The translations under genes and the position numbers were made by a program. From Terriglobia bacterium (lineage in GTDB: Bacteria; Acidobacteriota; Terriglobia; 2-12-FULL-54-10): 64,000 bases of DNA. Shown in pieces: positions 58,440 to 64,000 of the stretch; position 1 is the stretch's first letter, and the number at the start of each line of letters is the position of its first letter. Under the pieces are notes generated by a model. It was not told the DNA's origin and made no database searches. It saw only the letters and a program-made list of their open reading frames with translations. The DNA is taken from assembly GCA_963666975.2 (NCBI GenBank), contig CAXVYR010000004.1, positions 2,272,001-2,336,000 of the forward strand. The letters are read 5' to 3'.

Positions 58440-59050
58440 GAGAGTTTCCCTCGCTGGAAGTATCGGTTTATTTCTTCCCGCAGTTGCAGCCGGGCGCGCA
58501 GCAGACGCGATTTTACCGCCGAAACCGACAGGTTCAATGCCTCGGCTGTTTCTGTCGTTGAAAGCTGCTCCATATCCCGCAGGATGAACACGGTCCGGAA
58601 CGGCGCCGGGAGCGAATTCACCGCCCGTTCCAAAATTTCATGCAGTTCCTGTTGTGCGTATTGCTGCTCCGGGTTATTCCCCCAATCGCTGATCTCCCGG
58701 GGGACAAAGCCTGCTTCGGTTTCCACGGGATCGTCGAGCGAAACCGACGCGGCGACCTTTCGCTTCCGCAGCTTCATCAGCGATTCATTGACCGCAATCC
58801 GCACCAGCCATGTGTAGAACCGGGAATTTCCTTCAAACTGCGAGAGGTGTGAGTACGCCTTCAGGAATGTCTCTTGCAAGGCGTCCTCGGCGTCTTCCCG
58901 ATTCCGGGTGATGTGCTGCGTCAGCCGGAAGATCTTTCGGTCATGCCGGTTGACCAGCTCGCCGAAGGCTTCCACGCTGCCTTCTTTGGCCTGGTAGACC
59001 AACTCTGCATCATCAAGGATTCGCGCGTTCTGAGGCTCGGCCATTGCCAT
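58433..59050 (-). CDS. ECF sigma-70 factor
   Basis: AFGELV, DAEDALQETFLKAY, FYTWLVRIAVN, LS..ETAEAL..S.SAVKSRLLRAR. Confidence 0.93.
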   Translation of the reverse strand: MAMAEPQNARILDDAELVYQAKEGSVEAFGELVNRHDRKIFRLTQHITRNREDAEDALQETFLKAYSHLSQFEGNSRFYTWLVRIAVNESLMKLRKRKVAASVSLDDPVETEAGFVPREISDWGNNPEQQYAQQELHEILERAVNSLPAPFRTVFILRDMEQLSTTETAEALNLSVSAVKSRLLRARLQLREEINRYFQRGKLSC

Positions 59051-59330
59051 CTCAACTGCAATTGTAAAAGGATTTCGCCCGCTTTCCCTGAAGTTCATTT
59101 TGCCCGTTCTGCCGGCGAATTGCAACACGCCGGAAGAGCACACACGCCTTCCAAGACAGGCGGCTGGCGGAGAAAGTGAACCGGACGGAGGGATGAAGAT
59201 GTAAGAATGAAAGATGCAAATGTAGTCGAAGCTGTTTCTTCCGTTCTCGTCTTTTTGAGTGACAGGATTTGTGACAAGGGGTAACATCCCCCCGTGAAAA
59301 GCTGAGATGCCGCGTTAGAGGGATATCCCT

Positions 59331-59655
59331 ATGCCCTGGTTTAGATTTTGTGGACTGGTGGTCTTTCTCTACCTTTCCTCCTTCCTCGCAATTTCTTATT
59401 CCCCAGCGCAGAACCTCATCACCGCAGGGGCAGGCGATCCGCTGTCGGCCACGATGGCGGCACCGAGCGTAACGATTGACGGCGTTCCGGCCGACGGTGA
59501 TATTCTTCTCCGGGCTGGCGCCGGGCTTTGTGGGGCTCTATCAGGTGGACGTGCAGGTTCCCCAGGATGTCTCCCCCCGGCACGGCGGTCCCCCCCCTGT
59601 GATGCTCACCATCAGCGGCGTCCCCTCCAATGCCGTGACTATTGCGGTCCAGTAG
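59331..59655 (+). pseudogene. TIGR03437-type C-terminal domain fragment
   Basis: PSVTIDGVPA, frame change, then FSGLAPGFVGLYQVDVQVP...SNAVTIAVQ*. Confidence 0.7.
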
Positions 59656-59736
59656 CACGTGACCATCATATTAACAACCACATTAACAACCGAATTAACA
59701 ATCACCATAGCGCCCAAACAACCTCACCACTCTTTC

Positions 59737-59896
59737 TAGCAGGTTGTTGAAAAACTGGTGTATGGGTCCGCTTGCTAACGCGCGCGGCTCGGTATGTGCA
59801 GCCAAATCAGCACGCCGATTCCGAGCCGCGAGAGCCTGCCCCGAGCGAAGTCGAAGGGTGAGGGAGCGGGTAAATGGTGTTTTTCAACAACCTCCT
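59737..59896. mobile_element. Complete MITE with 15-bp perfect TIRs and internal REP-like palindromes
   Basis: AGGTTGTTGAAAAAC (59741-59755) / GTTTTTCAACAACCT (59879-59893). Confidence 0.8.
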
Positions 59897-59913
59897 CGGC
59901 GAGCCTTGCCTCG

Positions 59914-61404
59914 CTATTGCGGATAGCGAAAGACTACCTGTAATTCCTCTCTCCAATTTTCATTGAGTCCGACGCGAACGGTTTCGACGGAAGAGGAGAA
60001 GTAGCGGAGAATGGTTTCACAGGTGGAATGAAACTGCAGAGCGGGGCTCACCAACAGTAAAAGCGGGGGTTGCGAGCTGACGCCCCGGACGCGAAAGGCT
60101 CCCTGGCGCTCAAATTTCCCGCGCTGCAAATGCCGGCAAACTCTCATCCAGTAATCCAGCGCCTGTAAAGGCAGATGGATGTCCTCAGAAACCTTCAGTT
60201 CCACCACAACCAGACGCCCTTGCGAATTCACCGCCAGCAAGTCAATCAACCCGCGCTCCGTTCCGGAAGCAGCGGGCACCTGCGCATAGGTTTCCACCGA
60301 GGTTAGATCATGTCCCAGGATGGCGATCTGCTGCGCCAGCAGGGTTTGCATCCACCTCTCCGGCTGGAGCCGGAAGAAGGGATGCAATGGGTCTTCCGGT
60401 CGGCCTTGGCGATAACGGAGGATTTTTGCCACCAACTCTTGCATTTCACTCCATGTGCGTTCCTCCAGCATGGTTTCCGAGCGTCCCACCCCAAAGACCA
60501 CCCCTGCTGGCGTTGATCTGGCAAAGGAAAGTCCCCGCACAGCCAGCACGGAGTGGCCGTCGCGGCCGGGGTGTTCCTCAATTGCCGTGCTCAAAGCTTT
60601 GATTTGTTCGATCCACTTCTCAAAGGCGTGCGGGAGTGGCGGCGGTTCCGCCGACGGCCTGAGACTGGTCGTCAAATTACCCACGTCAGCCGGATCGCAG
60701 CGGCGGACCTCCTCTGCAGTTTCGTAGACTTCCCAGCGGGCCCGCTTGGAGTCCATCCATGCCAGCCGTTCCAGTGTTGACTGGGCTCTTTCGGGCGGCA
60801 CAAAAACTTTTAGTCCTTCGATTACGAGAGCCGGGTTTCGTCGCCGCAGCCAATCGAGCCAAATGAGCCCGTAGGTCAGGATTCCCTCTGCGGCGGAAGA
60901 GTCCTCCTGCTCTCCCGATCCGATTACCGCCCAGGCCTGCTGCCCTCGCGTGAGGAGCCCGCGGGTGTAGCGGCCGGAGAAGGAATGCTTCAGGTCGGTC
61001 TCGGAAGTAAGTTTTTCGACCTTCCAATCAGGAAAAAGCTGGGCCAAGAATCGCCGCAGCCTCTGGCCATAACGGGAGCGCTCGCTCCTCCGGTCCAGTT
61101 GTGCCGGCCCTGCGCGGGACTCCGCCAGAATCAGCGTGCCGGGCGGTCCCTTTGCGAACTTCTGAAACTGAAGCTCCATTCGGCTGGCAGTTTCCTTCTT
61201 GATGCGGGTGATTTGGCGGACGAGGTTGGTTTGATCGTTCCAAACGTGGCACAGCAGCTTGTTGTACTCCGTAGTAAGCGAATAGTGACTTGCGGAAAGA
61301 TCGATTACCTCGCGGCCGGGCTCGGTCAGGACGGAGTGGTGCAGTCCCAGCAGAAACAGTTCAATCTTTTCTTTTAGGGCTTCCAGTGAACCGCTCGGCT
61401 GCAT
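59914..61404 (-). CDS. Hypothetical protein with C-terminal PD-(D/E)xK (NucS/DUF91-like) nuclease motif
   Basis: PERWM, GLIDLLAV..QGRLVVVELK, LQALDYW, LLLVSP. Confidence 0.75.
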   Translation of the reverse strand: MQPSGSLEALKEKIELFLLGLHHSVLTEPGREVIDLSASHYSLTTEYNKLLCHVWNDQTNLVRQITRIKKETASRMELQFQKFAKGPPGTLILAESRAGPAQLDRRSERSRYGQRLRRFLAQLFPDWKVEKLTSETDLKHSFSGRYTRGLLTRGQQAWAVIGSGEQEDSSAAEGILTYGLIWLDWLRRRNPALVIEGLKVFVPPERAQSTLERLAWMDSKRARWEVYETAEEVRRCDPADVGNLTTSLRPSAEPPPLPHAFEKWIEQIKALSTAIEEHPGRDGHSVLAVRGLSFARSTPAGVVFGVGRSETMLEERTWSEMQELVAKILRYRQGRPEDPLHPFFRLQPERWMQTLLAQQIAILGHDLTSVETYAQVPAASGTERGLIDLLAVNSQGRLVVVELKVSEDIHLPLQALDYWMRVCRHLQRGKFERQGAFRVRGVSSQPPLLLLVSPALQFHSTCETILRYFSSSVETVRVGLNENWREELQVVFRYPQ

Positions 61405-61591
61405 GGAGGGTAATTATAGCCCTCCCGGCCTCCGGCAAACAGTAAATGGCAGATACGGGGGTTAGGCGGGAATGGCAGTTTGTTGGCCGGGCCGTCCTGC
61501 TCCCAACCGCAAAACGACTCCCAGCCTCCGATTTTGATTTGGCGGTTGTCCGGCACGCATAGGATAGGCAGGTTCTCCTTATTTCATGGAG

Positions 61592-63010
61592 TGTTGTTAG
61601 CAAGTTAAAATGTCCGGTATTGGTAGCAAGTGAAATGTCCGGTTTCATGATTCTGCCGAAAGCGGTTTGGCGCTGACCGAAGGAGCCCGCAGGGCGACTG
61701 AGGTTAGTGCCGAATGGTGTCGTCGGGAAGCCCCGGGGCTCCGCCGCCGACCACCGCACCGGATCGCCACTCCCTCGGAGGAGTAGCGACCCACTGTGTG
61801 CGGTCCATAGCCAATGCTCAACGTCCCATCCAGGTGTTCATAGACGGTCACCCGGCAGCCCGCCAGAGTCCCGCGCCAAGGAGTTTTCTCGATCTGGAGG
61901 AGGCGGTTCTCCAGACTGACCGTATTGTCCCGATTCACCACCCGTTCGTGCTGGATCGAGAAGATTCGCTCTAACTCCCGCCTGGCTGACGGCAAAAAGG
62001 CGCTGCCCGGTTGGGCGGTCGGCACGGCAAAGCGCCGGTTGAACTCCCCGATATAGCCCTCCCGCAGGAAGCGATTCGCTGCCTCGACCGTGATGATTCC
62101 CCGCAGGCGCAACTCTTGTGGCAGCCGCCCTTGCCAGGTCCCGAAGTTTCGCTCGCCACGTCCCCGCGCCTGTGGCGAATAGGCCGGGATCATCTGAATG
62201 CCCAGCTCCCGCAGCGCACGGCCCACCTGGGTCAGCCGTTGCCGATCCACCGGCTCGCCCGCCTTCCGGGTCAGGAAGAAATGACTGGCCCGGTCGCTAT
62301 AAAGGGCGCAAAAGACCCCCTGTTGCTCGACCACCTCCCGCAGGGCAGCCAGCACCGTCCGCGTCGATTCCTGCTCCACCAGTTGCGCATAGTAAATCTC
62401 GCTGGTGGCATCATCCAGAACCACCAGCAGGTCATACCAGCGATCATCGACAAACCACCGATGCTGGCTCCCATCCAGATGCAGCAGCATCCCCGGCAAC
62501 GGCCGCCGGGGCCGCCGCTGGCGGTGCACGCCCCGCTTCCGCCTCTTGTTTACCAACCCCGCCCCCTGCAACGCCAGCTTCACCCACGTATAGCTCAGCC
62601 GGAGGCCGTGCTCCTCCCGCAGCTTCTCGTGAAAGTGCCGCACGTTGAAGTCAAAGTACTTCTCTTGATACAGCCCCAGCACCTTCTCCACCGTCCTCAG
62701 GGGTACCCGCCGCGGGCTCGGCTTTCCCCGCCGCCGGTCAAACAGCCCGTCGTAGCCGTACTGCTCGTACCGGCTGCTCCACCGCCGCATCTGCCGGTCG
62801 CTGATCCCGATGATCTCGGCTGCCTGCCACCAGTTGATCCGCTTCCCTATCGCTCGCAAGATTACTTCTTGTATCTTCATTGCCCGCTCCACGGCGGCCC
62901 TCGGGTATGACTCCATCTCCACCTCCTGGATAGATGGTCTTACCCCAGACCGCCTTCAAAGCGGACACTTCACTTGCTATTTCCACCGGACATATCATGT
63001 GCTAACGACA
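61592..63010 (-). mobile_element. Complete IS1202-family (ISNCY) element, 1419 bp, with 16-bp target duplication
   Basis: TGT...ACA ends, each with two TAGCA.(G/A)T...TGTCCG boxes; DR TCCTTATTTCATGGAG at 61576-61591 and 63011-63026. Confidence 0.93.
61645..62922 (-). CDS. ISNCY/IS1202 DDE transposase
   Basis: HTH, LLHLDGSQHRWF, LDDATS, LYSDRASHF, AYSPQARGRGER.FGTWQGRL. Confidence 0.95.
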   Translation of the reverse strand: MEMESYPRAAVERAMKIQEVILRAIGKRINWWQAAEIIGISDRQMRRWSSRYEQYGYDGLFDRRRGKPSPRRVPLRTVEKVLGLYQEKYFDFNVRHFHEKLREEHGLRLSYTWVKLALQGAGLVNKRRKRGVHRQRRPRRPLPGMLLHLDGSQHRWFVDDRWYDLLVVLDDATSEIYYAQLVEQESTRTVLAALREVVEQQGVFCALYSDRASHFFLTRKAGEPVDRQRLTQVGRALRELGIQMIPAYSPQARGRGERNFGTWQGRLPQELRLRGIITVEAANRFLREGYIGEFNRRFAVPTAQPGSAFLPSARRELERIFSIQHERVVNRDNTVSLENRLLQIEKTPWRGTLAGCRVTVYEHLDGTLSIGYGPHTVGRYSSEGVAIRCGGRRRSPGASRRHHSALTSVALRAPSVSAKPLSAES

Positions 63011-63085
63011 TCCTTATTTCATGGAGTTGAATTTTGGGGACCCCGATGCTAACATCACAATCAGAGAAGGTCTGAGGAGGTTCCG

Positions 63086-63403
63086 ATGGACGACAACGGA
63101 GGAGCGAGATTTTTTTACTTTCTCACTGGCGTGGGAATCGGAGCCCTGATTGGGGTTTTATTCGCCCCGAGTTCAGGAGTGCAAACAAGGGAAGTGATTG
63201 CCAGCAAAGCGGAGGAAGGCCGCGACTATGTGTTGCGGAAGGGCCGCGAGGCGAGGGATCAAGCGACCGGATACGTCGAGCGCGGGAAAGAAGTGATGAC
63301 CGAACAGCGCGACCACTTGGCCGCCGCCGTCGATGCAGGGAAACAGGCCTATCACAGCGAAGCCCCGCCCAGAAACGCTCCGGACCAGGGGAGCCCGGCA
63401 TAG
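63086..63403 (+). CDS. YtxH-domain protein
   Basis: FLTGVGIGALIGVLFAPSSG..TR; GAGGAGG SD. Confidence 0.9.
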   Translation: MDDNGGARFFYFLTGVGIGALIGVLFAPSSGVQTREVIASKAEEGRDYVLRKGREARDQATGYVERGKEVMTEQRDHLAAAVDAGKQAYHSEAPPRNAPDQGSPA

Positions 63404-63483
63404 AGTGCATACGGATTACAGCTTGGGCGGCTCTGTGACGAAAGCAAGAGGCTGCCTTTTGCTCTAAGGGGAGGACTATTCGG

Positions 63484-63999
63484 ATGAATGTTGCAATGGA
63501 GGACATGCTCCCGGTTCTGACTATCATCATTGCCGTCGCGCTGCTGGTGCAAATGGGAGTTCTGGTGGCGCTGCTGGTGGCCCTTCGGAGTTGGTCCAAG
63601 CGCACGGAAACTTTCGTGGAGCGCGTGGACCGCAACATTGAGCCCGTGCTGCAGGCAACGCGCGAATTAGTGGCTGACGGCAAGGCGAAGCTCAATGCAA
63701 TTTCCACCAACCTGACCGAGATCAGCGATCTGACCAAGAACCAAATCGTCCAGCTGGACGGAATCGTAACGGATGCATCCGACCGCGCCCGTTTGCAACT
63801 CGCCCGCCTGGATCAGCTGGCCTCCGACACGGTGGGCCGCATGGAGGAGACCATGCAAGTGATCCAGCGCAGCATTCTGACGCCGGTCCGGGAAATATCG
63901 GCCGTATTGGCGGGAGTGCGTAGCGCCCTGGATTTCCTCTTCCGCCGCGACAAGGCGGGTGTAGAGCGAGATGCTCAGGACGAAGAGCTTTTCATTTAA
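63484..63999 (+). CDS. DUF948-like membrane-anchored coiled-coil protein
   Basis: N-terminal transmembrane helix, long helical region, ends DEELFI; next to YtxH. Confidence 0.75.
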   Translation: MNVAMEDMLPVLTIIIAVALLVQMGVLVALLVALRSWSKRTETFVERVDRNIEPVLQATRELVADGKAKLNAISTNLTEISDLTKNQIVQLDGIVTDASDRARLQLARLDQLASDTVGRMEETMQVIQRSILTPVREISAVLAGVRSALDFLFRRDKAGVERDAQDEELFI

Positions 64000-64000
64000 C

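Noticed and set aside
61576-61591. dif/xrs site as the IS1202 target
   Set aside because: No XerC/XerD-like arms are visible, and xrs-targeting members make short direct repeats, not 16 bp.
1-64000. CRISPR array or cas genes
   Set aside because: No run of identical repeats with regular unique spacers. The repeats seen are MITE/REP units, terminators or NHL coding repeats.

Overview
GC-rich bacterial chromosomal window, probably Acidobacteriota, inferred from the Oar-like TonB receptor, TIGR03437-type fragment, RRM protein and lineage-typical small proteins. Core genes: nuoI, tadA, tRNA-Ser(CGA), msrA, prfA, prmC, dinB, a CCA-adding enzyme, an ECF sigma/anti-sigma pair and a LysR regulator. 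Metabolic modules: a Tat-exported xanthine-dehydrogenase-family trimer, an IPCT-DIPPS-HD fusion, a cobalamin-riboswitch corrinoid salvage locus (cbiZ-cbiB / btuBFCD-cobQ) and a Tat amidase with a GatC-like partner. Mobile DNA: a complete IS3, a complete IS1202-type element with a 16-bp target duplication, IS5-, IS1- and IS407-like remnants, and REP-carrying MITEs. Best leads: (1) two back-to-back structured non-coding segments at 24.2-24.6 kb that resemble IS110 bridge RNAs but have no recombinase; (2) an AhpD-like gene with an in-frame UGA and SECIS-like hairpin; (3) a single-chain tandem-HEPN protein and TA cassette with attC-like sites between prfA and prmC; (4) an ATPase + TOPRIM-like defence candidate next to the tRNA. 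The 2.9-3.3 kb region is a garbled mosaic of the IS3 found at 40-41 kb, so some frameshifts in this window may be assembly errors. All family calls come from motif recognition by eye; no database search was run.
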